Shown piece after piece: positions 37,643-51,609 of a stretch of 64,000 bases of DNA; the stretch's first letter is position 1; each line of letters begins with the position of its first letter. The notes under the pieces were generated by a model that did not search any database, was not told the origin of the DNA, and saw only the letters and a list, made by a program, of their open reading frames with translations. The stretch is from Felis catus. Lineage: Eukaryota. The DNA lies in NCBI RefSeq assembly GCF_018350175.1, contig NC_058368.1, forward strand, positions 184,700,001 through 184,764,000, in the 5' to 3' direction. A program made the translations under genes and the position numbers.

Positions 37643-38518
37643 AAGGAAGACTATTTTATAATGAACACCCATGCAGTGGGGGTAGGGAAGAGCAATGAAG
37701 ACCACCTCTTCTGTATCATTGTTTATAATATTTACATAGCGTTTTAGATTTTTAGTAGTCCTTTTGTGTCATTGTGCCTTACAGAGATGGTGAGAAATGT
37801 TATCTCCATTACAAATTAGAAAGGAGGGTGACCTGATAGGAAAAATAGGAAGATAATTACTTAGAGAACAGGTGAGTGTTCTGACTTTATGTGGTTTGTT
37901 AACTTCTGAGACAATATTTTCCCCAGTGATTAGCTTTTCATGGCTAAAACCATTTTTTTCTTTCTTGCACACAGTCTACCCCTAAACCTGTATCACTATT
38001 GCATATTCTGATTTTTTCTTTTCTTATATTTGTCTTACTTTTTCTGCTTGTTTTTCCCCCTAATGGCTCAGACTCAAATAACTTGGGTGGCTTCAAAGAC
38101 CGGTATCAGAAAGGGTTTCTCCCTCCTGTGGCTTCATATAATTATAGACATATCATTTTCCCATAATGCTGAAGCATCGTTAATCACTTCAAATACAGAG
38201 AGAGCCAGGCAAGCTTTTCTGTGAACAGAGAGCTCAGGGTCCCATTTCAATTTGTGATTATATCAATAATCCTGAGACTGTCTTATGTGAACTAACCCAT
38301 TATTTCTGGAGAAACTGGAAGGAAACTGCTAAAATCCTATAGGCATACCCTTGCTGACACAGGGAGTGAGCACGTTTGTATGATCTAAAATTCCAGATGA
38401 CATTTGTCAGCTGCTTTGTCCTGCATTTCTAAGTGGCAAAAAGGCAATTTTGTCTTTTCTGTCAGTACATTCATGTAAAGCATTGTGAGAACCTTTATCA
38501 TTAAAAGCACAAATTATC

Positions 38519-38665
38519 AAGATGCCTGGGTGGCTCAGTAGGTTAAGCATCTGACTTCGGCTCAGGTCATGATCTCGTAGTTTGTGAGTTTGAGCCCCAA
38601 GTTGGGCTCTGTGCTAACAGCTTGGAGTCTGCTTAGGATTCTGTCTCTCTTTCTGCCCCTCCCCT

Positions 38666-38711
<46 letters not shown>

Positions 38712-38773
38712 CCTCTCTCTCAAAAATAAATAAACATTAAAAGTAAATAAATAGATAGATAAATAAATAAATG
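38519..38773 (+). mobile_element. CanSINE
   Basis: TSD AAAG(CA/TG)CAAATTATC; long (CT)n. Confidence 0.95.
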
Positions 38774-39266
38774 AAAGTGCAAATTATCTATGGATTTCTC
38801 CCACACACAGCAGAGGCCAGTAAGAATTTAAACTGCTTATAGATCAGAACAAAAACAACAAAAAATTAATCCCGATGTACTTTTCTAAAATATTCCAGTG
38901 TAATTTTCATGCTGCGGTCCTACACCCAGAGACCACAAGCAAATCTTGTAGCAATTTCACAGATAATCTTACGGCAGATTGGAAAGATTAGAGGAAGCAA
39001 AATTCTAAAGAAATTATTTCACAGGGAAAAAAAAGAGCTTAACACAAATATTGTCATTTGTATTGATTATTTCTCATAAATACATTTTTAGCCAGGGCAT
39101 CTCCAAGCATTGAATAAATATATCACACACCATCACCGAAAAGAAAAATATTCTATTTGGGATAATAAATGGGGAATAACACATATTGCTATGGTAAAAC
39201 AATGGAACCACAAGACTGAAGGAGGGAATGTTGAGATACAATTTGCCTTTAAAGAAAACGCATTCA

Positions 39267-39493
39267 GGGGTGCCTGGGTGGTTTAGTTGGTTACACATCT
39301 GACTCTTGATTTCAACTCAGGTCATGACTTAACAGTTTGTGAGATCAAGTCCAGTGTTGGGCTCTAGGCTGACAGCACAGAGCCTGCCTGGGATTCTCTC
39401 TCTCCCTCTCTCTCTCTCTCTCTGCCCTTCCCCCCCACTTGCTCTTGTACTCTCTCTGTCTCTCTCTCTCTCTCAAAATAAATAAACTTCTAA
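39267..39493 (+). mobile_element. CanSINE inserted at an L2 3' end (L2 minus, about 39500-39790)
   Basis: TSD AAAA(C/T)GCATTCA; followed by L2-like TTTATTGAGAACCTGTTATGTGCCAGG. Confidence 0.93.
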
Positions 39494-41082
39494 AAAATGC
39501 ATTCATTTGTTTAAAAAATGTTTATTGAGAACCTGTTATGTGCCAGGTCCAATCCTCAGGACAGAAAACAAGGCTCCTGCCCTCACAGACATTACATTCT
39601 AGTAAGGAACTGTGAAAAATGTTCTCTGTAAAAACAAACAAATGAATATAATGTTAGGTAGGGATAAATGAAATGATAAATATGAAGCAAAGTATGCCAT
39701 TTTCAAAACTACATTGTGAGAGCAGCAGCTGTAAAGAGGGTGGCTGGGGAAGGCCTCTCTAAGAATATAAACTTGAGGGCAATGAGATGCATAATCGGAT
39801 GTGCGCTTTAGGATTTAACCTTAGTAGCAACCAATGGGAAGTAGCAAAAGGGAAAAAGAGGGAGGCGCCCAACAGCTAAGGATGCCTTTAATTCCATAGA
39901 GACTGGTGTAAAGAATAACCAGTCATGGAGCATATTAAATGCCTATTCCTAAACTTCTCAGAATCTAAGTACTTATCAATGTCTTCTACTTTGGCAAGGG
40001 AAAAGAACCAGGGTCATACTATAAACAGATCATCCTTGACATTTCATAGTGGTTGGAATTAATTGCCATGGGATAATAGCATCAAGACTTAAGCTTATAA
40101 CAAATGTTACTTTCAAATCAGTTATGCAAATGCAGCTTTAAGAAGCCTAATATATGTAGATTTATGACTAGTTCCTTAAAGGTAATGATCTAAAAAAAAA
40201 TTTTTTTTAACTCGACTAAATTCTAAGAGGAATTTGTAATGTAAAATAAAAAGAAAAGAAAAATGAACAATGGACCTCTAAAGTTCTTAATAAACAAAGA
40301 AATGTAGCCTTTCCTACTAGAAATAATAATATAAACCCACTGATTTCTTTTCTCACATCGCATATTTTACTGAGCTTTTGCATATATCAGAAGGCAAAGG
40401 CAGCCCGCAATCTGGAGCTCTGGCACATAGTAGATTTCATCTCATTTTGCATATATAGGGCCTCATGCTGTGGAATTAACAACTTTTAGATTGTTCTAGT
40501 GTAACCATTGAGCTGTTGCATTTGAATATGATGTATATTTTTTAATTTAAATAAAATGCATTTAATATTGATTTTTTTCATCCATATTCAGTATGCCATC
40601 CAAACTATAAAATAGACAGATGATATAAAAAGTCCCTTCCGGAACTTAAGAAATCTTCTATGATTTTGTAGAATGTTTCATTTATACTTAGTACAAATTT
40701 GCCACTCCAAAATTCCTCAACCCTCTCTAATCCAATCAATAACTGTTGATAGTTTATGATGTAAAAAGCTTTCCTTGACATACTAATGAAGTATAAGTAC
40801 ACAATGTGCTTTTTAAGAGTCTATAAAGATATAGAATTAATTTATTAGATATGTGGTTATTGAATTAACAAAGCACTGGTATGCTACCAAAATGACAAAT
40901 TTTATAGGGAGACATAATAAACATCATGTCAGCCTATACAGTTAAGTTTAATTGAAGATGAATATGTTCAAGACAGCCTTCCTCTGCATGTTAAAACCTG
41001 CACTGTGGGACCTACTACAGTGGAAAGTTTTCAAAACAACTCCTTAAATATGTGAAAGCAACTTAAAAATTTATCAGGAAGA

Positions 41083-41275
41083 GGGGCACCTGGGTGGCTC
41101 AGTGGGTTAAGTGTCCTACTTTTGACTTCAGCTCAGGTCATGATCTCAGGCTTGTCAGAACCCTGCACTGGGCTCCACAATGAGTATGTAGCTTGCTTAC
41201 GATTCTCTCTCTCCCTCTCTCTCTCTACCCCTCCCCCACTTGCATCTGTATGCTTTCTCTCTCTTTCTCTAAAAA
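41083..41275 (+). mobile_element. CanSINE (older type)
   Basis: GGGGCACCTGGGTGGCTCAG head; diverged TSD ending AGGAA. Confidence 0.92.
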
Positions 41276-42081
41276 ATATTAGGAATTAACAAAATATATT
41301 CATTGTTGATGTTTATGGAATGTTACATAATCCCATCCAGATTACAGATGAAAAGACTAGCAGACAACTAAATGAAGATCACCATGGTGTCATGTAGCTC
41401 ATCGATAGGTTTTGTTTGCTTGAGGTGGTAAATTTCTATACAATGACTAAGAGAGAAAAGATAAATAATTTAACAGTTCAGTTGGAACCATCTCTATTTT
41501 TTTTTGCACCAGAGATTAAATTTTTTTTTCAAGTTTTTCAATTCAGTAAAAGTACAAGAAATAATGCATATACTCTTATTTATAACTATTGCTTCTTTCT
41601 GAGTTTTACGTGAGCTCAAGTGAAAACTTTTATTAAAATGCAGAAAAGTCAGATCATATAGTACAGAGAAGCAAAAACCATTTACTTTAAAATGAAACCC
41701 ACAAAAAATTTATAATTTCCTGATAGATCTTCTCCTGTCATCTTCAAAGGCTGTCAGTGAAAGTTTTATTTTCATCATTTTTAAGCAGAAAATCCTTAAT
41801 CATTATCAAAAGAATTTAAATTTGAGGTACCCATCTGTTGCATTTTTTAGAGGCTCCAAACACCCTTCGCAGAGAGAAACCTTGGTTTTGAACTTCAGTG
41901 ATTAAACAGTGGTCTCCTTTGTACAATCTGCTTATACTGCTGTTAGATAGCAAGTATTTTAATGCCAACTTTCAGTCAAGAGCCTCTTGTCCTACAAGAC
42001 ACTCATTATTCAAGAAAAAAATATCTACATTTAAAAAATGAAAGGAGGGAATCTGTGTTCACACAAGTGTTTTATGGTTTT

Positions 42082-42110
<29 letters not shown>
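42082..42110. repeat. (TTG)n microsatellite
   Basis: About 9-10 units. Confidence 0.95.
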
Positions 42111-42112
<2 letters not shown>

Positions 42113-43289
42113 ATCTCCAATTTGGAGGCTTTGCAATGACCAGAATTGTGAACTTTTCTTCCTTTCTGAAATAATAAACAGACCAATTAATTACCATCTC
42201 ATGGTCATTTTGCCTGCTATGTGCAGATTGCAAAACTCAATAACAATTCTAATGAAAAGCATGTCTTCATGGCCACAACCTCTTTACACCTGGACCACAG
42301 CTTTTAGAAGATGATTATATGGTTGCTGTAAGAATGTCACCACACAAGACCAAAGTAACAATCCAGATGCCTGAACTCCTCCCAAGCACCTACCAGCACA
42401 CTGTGGACTCAACAACTCCAAACGATGGAGTGGCTTATAAAAGAGACCGTATTTAAATATCCTAATAATGCTTTGAAAAGACAGTTTTAAATAAACTTTT
42501 TAATAGTACAATGAGGTTATTTAAGATAATGGGCTGATTTTATAAAAAAATAATAATAATAATAACCAGCATATAGTTTGAGTTTAAAATAATGGCAAGA
42601 GGAGACAAAACTGATATATTACGGTAATTTTCACCAAATGTATGAAACAATGCTTAGATAGGAGAACCTAAGAAGAATGCAGAATTCTACCCATCAATTG
42701 GTTATAAACGACAGCATATGTTGTGTTTTATTTTGAATTCTCTGATAAATGAATGTTTATCCTGGGATCAATGGCTCTGGGTGAATGGCAGATTGCAACA
42801 GCAATTGCTTTCTTACCAAGAGAATTATCTTAAATCAGATCTCCTTTGTTTCATGAAACCTAAATTGCAGGGGGAATATTTAAACATCTAAGGAGAAAAT
42901 CCATAGATAAGCTAGCACATGGCTCCAAGATGCATTTAGCAGAGCTAATTGTCTCTATTATTCTTTTATTCTAAAACCCACACATAGAATGTACAAGTCA
43001 AATAGCAAAATACTGTATCATTATAGGTGCCCTGATAAGGGACAGTAGGCCACCAAAATGGTATCGTTCCTGCAAGTGATATTGGAAGGTTGGAACAAAC
43101 TAGACAATTATGTGATAGTAAGTCTACCTTAATAAGTGGATTAACAATACAAACTACTTCCTTGTGCTATGTCATATTTTTGTGAGCCTAAGCAAAACAT
43201 GGCAGCTATCACTTTTGTACAGTATCAGTGGTCACAAATATATTCAGTATGCCCTGGGACCATAAGCAGCCACATACCCATGGCCCTGA

Positions 43290-43700
43290 TGAAAGTGGTA
43301 GAAAAGTTAACTGCAGGTAAGAGCTCAACCCTGCAAGGCAGACATTTAAATGTTTGAATCCTGTGTCTGCCATTCACTAAATGTGTAATCCCATGTAAAG
43401 TACTGAATCTTTCTGAGTCCCCTTTTACGTAGTTGGTTAGCTATGGAACAATGAGACTAGGTAAAGTATCAAGTAGTTATCTTACTACCATATTCTTACA
43501 GCTCACACACTTCTTAACCCACTCCATTATGACGTATTGCCTCCCCACTCCACTGAAACAGCTCTCCTTAAGGTCACCCTTATGACCTTAATAGCCTAGG
43601 GGCTATTTGTACAGCCCCTATTATTCTACTATGATGCCTCAGAAGCATCTAATACTGTTGACCATTCTCCATTCTTGAGGCACCTCCTCTTCTCTCTAGA
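43290..43700 (+). mobile_element. MIR fragment followed by an L2 RT remnant
   Basis: TTTGAATCCTGTGTCTGCCATTCACTAAATGTGT (MIR); CACTCCACTGAAACAGCTCTCCTTAAGGTCACC..ACTGTTGACCA (L2). Confidence 0.7.
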
Positions 43701-45641
43701 GAGACAGAGAGAAAGGCAGAAACACAGAAGAGAAGGCACCAAGGTCCAAGAGGCAGTGGCCACCTATGTTTCTTTTGGGTCTTGGAACCCGACCTTCCTA
43801 AGTTTGGGTTCTGTGACACTGCCATGAATCTTTGCTGTGAATTTCCCTTTGGGGCACCTTAAAAGACCAGAGACACTATGCAAATGGATGGAAGACAGGA
43901 TGACCTTTAATCTATTTTAAGTTTTTCTCTTCAATATCCAGCACTGTGTGCCTTCCCCACCTTGATTTCGTAAACTTTAGCAACAGATAAGCATACAACA
44001 CATGCACTTGACAGGTACTGAGAAGCAGTGAAAAGAAACATGAAAGTCTATGGCTCAATGTGATCCATTCTTAAGCCCCTTCACCAATTAAGTGGTGTCC
44101 CTGGAGGGTTCTTCCAGGTCAGGTGTTGGAAAGATTTCCTTAAATTTAGAAGAAGCTAGGGTAGGACAGCCCCAGGCCTGTGATTTTTCTTTACCCCTTA
44201 AGAGACTTATTTAAAATAAATAGCCAAGGCTTTGTCTCTTTGCCATAGCCTTCCCTATTATGAGCTGAGGTCAGGACAAATAGCTCATGTCCCTGACTCA
44301 CAGCTAAGGATGAAATGGCTCCTTTGAGGAATCACTAAATCACACAATCCTCCTGGCAAAGGACAAATGGAGTTTGCCATTCGCCACGGGCTCAAACAGG
44401 TATCAACAGGACTTGGAATCAAGCCTCTTATGTTTCTGCTTTGCTAGAGGCCCTTCTAACTGCCCCTTGAATAGGTCATTCCATCTCTTCCCCATCCCAG
44501 CAGCACCTAGGTGGAGAGATTCAGTGCTGTATTACTGTAGATGTTCTGTGACTGTCAGTGATGCGCTTGCTAAGACAAAGACTGACAAATTGCACTCCTC
44601 ACATTAATTTTCAAGTACATTTGTAAAGCACATGCCTCTGATGAAGTATTTTGAATAGTGCTATGGATGTCAAGGAGACATTTAAAATATCTCACTCATA
44701 ATTTTTGAAAATCTTCCTCATTCAAAGTTGTCGCAGCTTGACAGCTTAGCTCTGTTTTGAGTATATTCTTTTACAATGTACTACAAACTGATTGAAGAGC
44801 TGACAAATCTGACTTAGCCCAAACAAGAATCTTTAAATATATCTGATTGAAAAGAATGTTTAATGAAAATGCATATACAGATATTACATCTAGCATCCTA
44901 TTTTTAAGAAGTCAAATTACACAATTAAAATCTTTACTGAAAATATGCTTCCAACCCCCCCACTAGAAAAAAAGAAAGTCACTCCACCATCTATTGAGAC
45001 AAAATGGTAAAATTATTAGAAATCACCATGATTGAATATTCATGTATCTTTTTTGTCTAAAGAAAATCAAGATTTTATTTTCCTCATGCACCTTTAAACA
45101 GATTTTACTATAGTTATTTTCCAATGTATCCATTCCTTTGACTCCAAAGGACCCTGGACTGACCCTGGATTGTAAAGCAACATAGAAGAAAAAGAGTAAA
45201 ATACTGAAATAGGGTTATTATAATTCTTCTCTAATCCAGGCTGGAAAATTAACCTTATGATTTTTAAATACAAAAAAAGGAAAAGAAGAATAAAAGGGAT
45301 ATGTATCTAGATAAAGAGAAATTTATTGTGTAGTGTAACAGGCAACCATGAGTTAAGGTTCTTAGTGCATTAAGGGCTGTACTCAAACATCCACAAACAA
45401 GGCAAGTCCATGAAATTCCACTGACAGCAGCAGAACAAAGGAGAGAAGCTATTCTAATGAAACAGCCATAAGATCATCTCCCTAAATACTTTTTGGTTTT
45501 GCTAAAATACACTTGGTTCCTTGCATTCTTTTCTTGCATTATATTATGTCACTAATAAGGAGTAGAAAAATAGTATATTATAACATAAGGCAAAACTTCC
45601 TGCCTGAAAGGAGGATGAACAAGGGAACTTTTTACAATGCT

Positions 45642-45680
<39 letters not shown>

Positions 45681-45871
45681 GGTAGGGAGAGAGAGAGAAA
45701 GAAAGAGGGGGGAGGAAGGGAGAGAGAAAGCAAGAAAGCAAGAAAGCAAGAAAAGAAAGAGGAGGGAGGAAGGAAAGAAGGAAGAAAGAAGGAAAGAAAG
45801 GAGGAGGGGAGGGGAAGGAAGGAGGGAGGGAGGGAGGGAGGGAGGGAGGGAAGAAGAAAAAAAGAGAAAGA
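45642..45871. repeat. Compound polypurine microsatellite (GAAA)n/(GCAAGAAA)n/(GGAA)n/(GGGA)n
   Basis: About 230 nt almost entirely A/G. Confidence 0.97.
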
Positions 45872-46109
45872 TGAGAACATCCCAGAAATCTACAACCTTC
45901 AGGATGGAAAAGGCACAGAAATATGCACACAATGTTGTTGGAATTTAAGAATACTGGGAGTAGGTGCCCCATTCCATGGGTATAGCTGAGGAAGTCAGAA
46001 GCAACTCAGAGAAGCCCAACTAAGTATTCATCCGGCACTACATACCACATGGCATGAAGGTAATAGAGCAACATCATGCCGTCTCAGTCTGGCAGATATT
46101 TAAACTGGG

Positions 46110-46548
46110 TACTTTTGTGGGCATTGCAAAGCCTCCTACCCTTTTAGGTGCTTCCAATGACAGGGATGAGATTTCTCCTTCAATGTGGTTCCCCAGTGGC
46201 CACTCTAATACACAGACTTTCACAGTTGGAAGCTGTTTGCCCTCCTTCAGGGCAGAACCTAAAGCAGTTCAGAGATAGGTCTGATCTTGATGTGGCCCTC
46301 ATTTGCTCCATGGGAAAGATGCATTATCTGTTTGTCCATTAGTGGACATGTAGTTATTTCCTAAATGTAGTCTCTCAGGGGCTCTCTCTGCCTTTACTCA
46401 GGCTCCTCTAGCTCTTTCTGACCTGAGTGAAGTCCAAAAGTCCACAGAGGTCCCAGCTGTAGGCTCTCCTACCAGCCACCTCCCAATTGCATTATCCAAT
46501 TTCTTAAAATAAATCTCTCTTTATATATACCTACATACATATACACAC

Positions 46549-46590
<42 letters not shown>

Positions 46591-46630
46591 CCTACTGGTT
46601 CTGTTTCCCTGGAAAAACCTGACTAATACA
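46110..46630 (+). mobile_element. MLT2 (ERVL) solo LTR with internal (CA)n
   Basis: Characteristic 3' end AATAAATCTCT..CCTACTGGTTCTGTTTCCCTGGAAAAACCTGACTAATACA; 5' boundary approximate. Confidence 0.8.
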
Positions 46631-47601
46631 GGGTTTAGCATAACATTCTGTAAAGGAAATCTTTTCACCAAATCCTCTCCTGTCAGCATTTTGACTCCTT
46701 TCTATAATTTCAATTTGACTGAAAGATTACTCTCTCCTTTTTTTTTTTTTCTTCTCCCTTAAATAGGCTGTTCTAATCTGGCACTTACTTAGTTAAGGAG
46801 CATCTATAACATCCTTGTGCCTTTGAAAAATCCTACTGCAGCATTCTGTTATGGGTATTAATAGGTCTAGGGAACAGGAGAAGAGCAGTACTCAGGACAA
46901 GGTGTCACAGAGTAGGGACCTCACAACCAGAGACAAGAATAGGGCCCATGGTGATCCAGGGCAGATGCCAGCATTTGGGGGACCCAAACAATTCAATACC
47001 ATAGGAATTAGCCCAGGACAAATAGCCTTTAGCACCAACCCTAAATTGACTACTTTGTATCTATAAGAGATGGTTTCAAACTAGAGGCGTCCCAGTTAAT
47101 ATGACTGGCAAGTTTATGGGTTTTTTTTTCTTCTATTAGAAGAGAATAACTTCTATTCTTCTATTCTTCTTTCTTCTGTTAGAGGGAATAACTAAAAGAA
47201 AAACATGAGAGCAATAGGAAATCGGTTTGGGGGGAAAAAAGCTATATATTTATTCACATCTGAGTCATAATGAGAATTTTGGCTTTTCTGATTTTATTTC
47301 AGAGGGAAAGTTGAGTAACTGCAGGCTACTCGGTATTTTTGACTGTCATAAATCAACCATGCTATAAGTTATGCATGAGTGTATCATGGATTCGCATAGA
47401 ATGTGGAAAAGCATAGAACACAGAGATAATCAGCACCCAAAGGTGAAGCAGGACAAAAAATAATAACTACAGAATGATGAGGACAGGGCCATCTCCATTA
47501 GCTTCTTCTGGGATTATCTGGAAATGCCTGAATCTTTGGAGAGGACAAATCGTAAGGAAATGCCAGAACTATAATATAGTTAAGACTGTATTTTTATTGT
47601 A

Positions 47602-47632
<31 letters not shown>
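47602..47632. repeat. (GT)n microsatellite
   Basis: GT run with one GC interruption. Confidence 0.95.
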
Positions 47633-47794
47633 ACATGCATAAATGCATACTTATAAAATATTCATTATATATTCCTGAGGTATGAAAGATAGGTCATAAA
47701 ATTCATTTATTTCCAGATATTAATAGCCCTAAACAGTGATGGGTACTGGAAGTTGACATTTTGAACATTTCTGTCTTTTAAGCAGCCAAGACTG

Positions 47795-48030
47795 ACAGCA
47801 TAGTATAATAGTTGAAAGCACATAATCTGGGTGTTTCAAATCACAACTCTTTCATTTAATAGTACCGCGACCTTGAGAAAGTTATATAACTTCTCTGTGT
47901 CTCATTTTCTGATGTGTAAAATGGGAATAACAGTAAAAACTTCATAGGGGTAATATTAAGGATTAACAAAGAGACTTAATATCCACCCAGGCCTTAGAAC
48001 CATGCCTGGAATATGGTGAGGTCTACATAA
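47795..48030 (+). mobile_element. MIR
   Basis: GACCTTGAGAAAGTTATATAACTTCTCTGTGTCTCATTTTCTGATGTGTAAAATGGGAATAAC. Confidence 0.85.
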
Positions 48031-49470
48031 AGAATTGTTAAATAAAACTAAAATGGGAATACATATTACGATTGTAATAATAAATTGTGTAAATTGTGTT
48101 TTTTGTCTTATTTTGATATTTCATTTATTTTCGTTCTTACTAAACCAATCATTTTTATTTTCTTTCTCACATTCAAAAAATGGTGGAAGAAATCTCAATT
48201 GCATTTTAAAATTGCTTAAATCAAATAAGTCCATGTAACAACTACAATTAAAGTTAAGATTTCAGTACATTTTTAGAAGTTTAGGAATAGCATTGAAATG
48301 AAGGTATTATAAGATTGTGGAGATATTAAACTGATATTTAAAAAGAAAAGAAGGAACAGAAACATCAATATTTCATAGAGAAAATCTAAAAATATAATGG
48401 AGCTTTGAAATACAAACTACCATAACATTCTACTCACTAGGGTTTTCCCATTTGAATGAAACAGGGTATTTATAAAGGGTGATTATTTTTTTAAATTCTA
48501 GATATGGTTTATAACCAACCAACACTTAGGCCAATCTTATATCTACAATAATCACTGAAAATTGATAAATTGAAAGGATTTACCTGGTACACTCCTAGAT
48601 TTTTAATTAAAAGGGGCTCTCATTAGGTTTAATATACTGTTTTTAATGACAGAGGAGTGAACTCAAGCATTATTCCTGATTTCCAGTGTCAGGGAAAAAA
48701 GAAGAAGACGGTGCCTAACTCTCAGCTAATCAAAAATTTTTTTTTAAAAAATAATAATTATCCAGAATAACCCAGCATTCAAGTTTTTAAAATGCATTTA
48801 AAATGCACATACTACAGTAATGTGCTTGTTAACAAAGACATATTTCTACACCTGGTGACACAAAAAATAGCCACTCAAGGACATACTCATAATAGTTCGC
48901 AAAGAAGTTCAGCAGCTTAGATCTTTCTGTGAGGAGAGTGTCTGGTTTTCCATACAAGCTAACCTGGAATTGAGAAATAGGGAAGGAAAATTAATATAAT
49001 GGCTCTCACCAAAAGCATTCAACCTGAGGTAGATCAGGACATGCATGAAAAGATTACACTGCACACCTGGTTTTAGGAAGCTGGAGTCTATGGTCATTAC
49101 CACTTGTAAACTCTGGGATTTCCTACAGTTATTTACACAAATAGAGCCTCACATCATTAAATCCTCATCAGTGATGCCACTCTCTGCCTCTAGCCACACA
49201 GACTGTTAAATTAAAAAATGGTGTTTCTGAGCTTCATCTTCAGGAGACTGAGAGGTTACAATTTTCTTTCCTGGGGAACTCTAGCTAGAGGCTGAGAATC
49301 TCCTGGACATTTATTTTCAGTTTCTTTCATTTGTCCTTTGTCCAGAAAGGTCATTGTCTGCTCTTCAGAAGCATCATGCCAAGCCTCTTCTTTGAGACAT
49401 ATACATATAAAGTCTCTTGTATAACTTGCAAAAGAGGCAACCTTGAGCATAAATGCTCAGAGAATATTCT

Positions 49471-49847
49471 TGTTTTAGGTTGGGTTGCTACAACAGAATA
49501 TAATAGACTAGGTGGCTTCAACAACAAACATTATTTCTCACAGTTCTGGACACTGGAAAGTCCAAGATCAAGGTACAGGCAGATTTGGTTGCCAGTGAAA
49601 GCCCCCTTGCAGACTGCTACCTTTTTGCTGTGTCTTCACATGGTAGAGAAACAGAGAGAAAGGGAGAAAGGGAGAAAGAAATGTCACTCTCTCTTACCTC
49701 TTCTTAAAAGAGCTCTTAATCTCATATAAGGACTCGCCTCCTGACCTCATCTAAACCTCCCAAAGACTCTACCTCCTACTACTGTCATATTAGGGTTAGG
49801 GTTTCGACATAGGACTTTTGATGAGCACAAATATTTAGTCCATAACA
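49471..49847 (-). mobile_element. MLT1A-like MaLR solo LTR
   Basis: TG...CA termini, 377 bp; TTTCTCACAGTTCTGGA..GTCCAAGATCAAGG; near-TSD ATTCT/ATTTT. Confidence 0.88.
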
Positions 49848-50169
49848 ATTTTCTGTTTCTACTTCCAGTATCAAAGGGGTTTTCTTATACCTAAACACTA
49901 GCCATACCATCATCCTCTGTATTATACCCTCTGGCCTAGCAAAAGGACAGTTTTGATAACAAAAGTAAGTAGTATTATCTGATGTTCCTCTTCACTTTAT
50001 ATGATTCAGAGAAAATCAAAGATTAAAATGGAACAAAACAGTTTAAGTAAAAAGAGCAGATTCTAAAATCAGTATCTTTTTGATTTTGTATAAAATACTT
50101 AATCTTGTTCCCTCTTCTGTTATATTGGATAACAATAACACCTATTTCTCAGATTGCACTGTGGATATT

Positions 50170-50690
50170 AAATAAGATCCATTTGGTGATTCACCCCAGT
50201 ACTTCTTGGGTGCCTACTCTGTGTAAATACTGTTCTACATACTCAGGATCGCACAATGAAGACAACTGTCAAAATCTCCACATTACTGAACCTCCATTCT
50301 AATCAGTGTGATAAACAAATATGTCCATTTTACAGTTGGGCAGTGCAAAGAACTATGTAGAGAAACAAAAGCAGTGCGAAAGGCTGGAGTGTAACCAAAG
50401 GTACTAACTGGGGATAGGATGATCAAGCAAGGCCTCTCTTTGGAGATGAATTTGAGAGGAGACCCATTAAAGTGATAGAACAAGTCATGCACAGACATGG
50501 AAGAAGAGAATTCTAAACAGAAAACAGCAAGTGCAAATTCCATGAGATGGCAACATGCTTGGGATCTTCAAGGAATAATGAGCAAGTTGTGGTGGCTTGT
50601 GTACAGTGGTCAATGGGGGGAGTAGGGGGAAATGAGAAATAAGGGGAAAGGAATGGAGCAGATCATAGAGACTCTGGCAGAATGAGTGAT
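50170..50690 (-). mobile_element. L2 3' remnant
   Basis: GGGTGCCTACTCTGTG..GGCCTCTCTTTGGAGATGAATTTGAGAGGAGACC..GGAGCAGATCATAGAG. Confidence 0.75.
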
Positions 50691-51164
50691 CAAAATATAG
50701 CTATTGTTGACACATTTCATTCCTGTATTTTTGATGCAGGTTGGGATTAGATGCCGATAAGTCCTCTTTCAAAAGAAGAAACTTGCTGAATAGATTATGG
50801 TCCTGTCACTTTCCCCCAGTGCTATCAATACCATATTTGGGTGCTCATTGACCCTGGGCTTTCGGTAAGTGGCAATTGCTTTTCATCTATCCAAAGTCCT
50901 GTTCATCCTAATGAAGATGCATCATTGGCACTTGCTTCCTGCATGGCTGGGAAAGAGCAGTAGAACCAAAAGGCCCCATCCAGATGGAGGAGCTCAGTAG
51001 AACATCTGCCTTGCGTGTCTGTCACCTCCCTACCTTCTGCTGCTGTGTTAGCTGCCAGCCATTGCATCAATTCCTGAATCAAGGGCCCTCCTCTTCTGGT
51101 GTTTTCTTAGAGCTTTGACAGATTATCTGCACTGTTATTCCTAACAACATCATGCCATCTTCTT

Positions 51165-51399
51165 TTTTTTTTTTTTTTAATTTTTTTTTTCCAACGTTTT
51201 TTTAATTTATTTTTGGGACAGAGAGAGACAGAGCATGAACGGGGGAGGGGCAGAGAGAGAGGGAGACACAGAATCGGAAACAGGCTCCAGGCTCCGAGCC
51301 ATCAGCCCAGAGCCTGACGCGGGGCTCGAACTCACGGACCGCGAGATCGTGACCTGGCTGAAGTCGGACGCTTAACCGACTGTGCCACCCAGGCGCCCC
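51165..51399 (-). mobile_element. Young SINEC_Fc
   Basis: CpG-intact body; TSD ATCTTCTT at 51157-51164 and 51401-51408. Confidence 0.97.
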
Positions 51400-51609
51400 T
51401 ATCTTCTTAAAACTGTAGGAAAATCGTGATAGAAATCTCAGTCCTTTAAAAAACTGCACTATTTGATCTCCAAAATGGATCAATTAAACCAAAGCCACAC
51501 CTGAAAATTTCCTATCAACTGACATTAGGCAGTTAATTCATTGCATCAATTACATGGATGGCCTATACTGGTCCATACAACACTGAAGAAACAAGAAAGC
51601 TATGGAGAA

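Noticed and set aside
43695..43930. Possible LTR fragment within L2
   Set aside because: Only a vague resemblance; no clear termini or TSD.
45513..45989. Five overlapping ORFs of 82-158 aa, one starting MLERKK like ZBTB20
   Set aside because: They are translations of the purine microsatellite; the resemblance ends after six residues.
49331..49729. 132-aa ORF
   Set aside because: Non-ATG start and mostly MLT1A LTR sequence.
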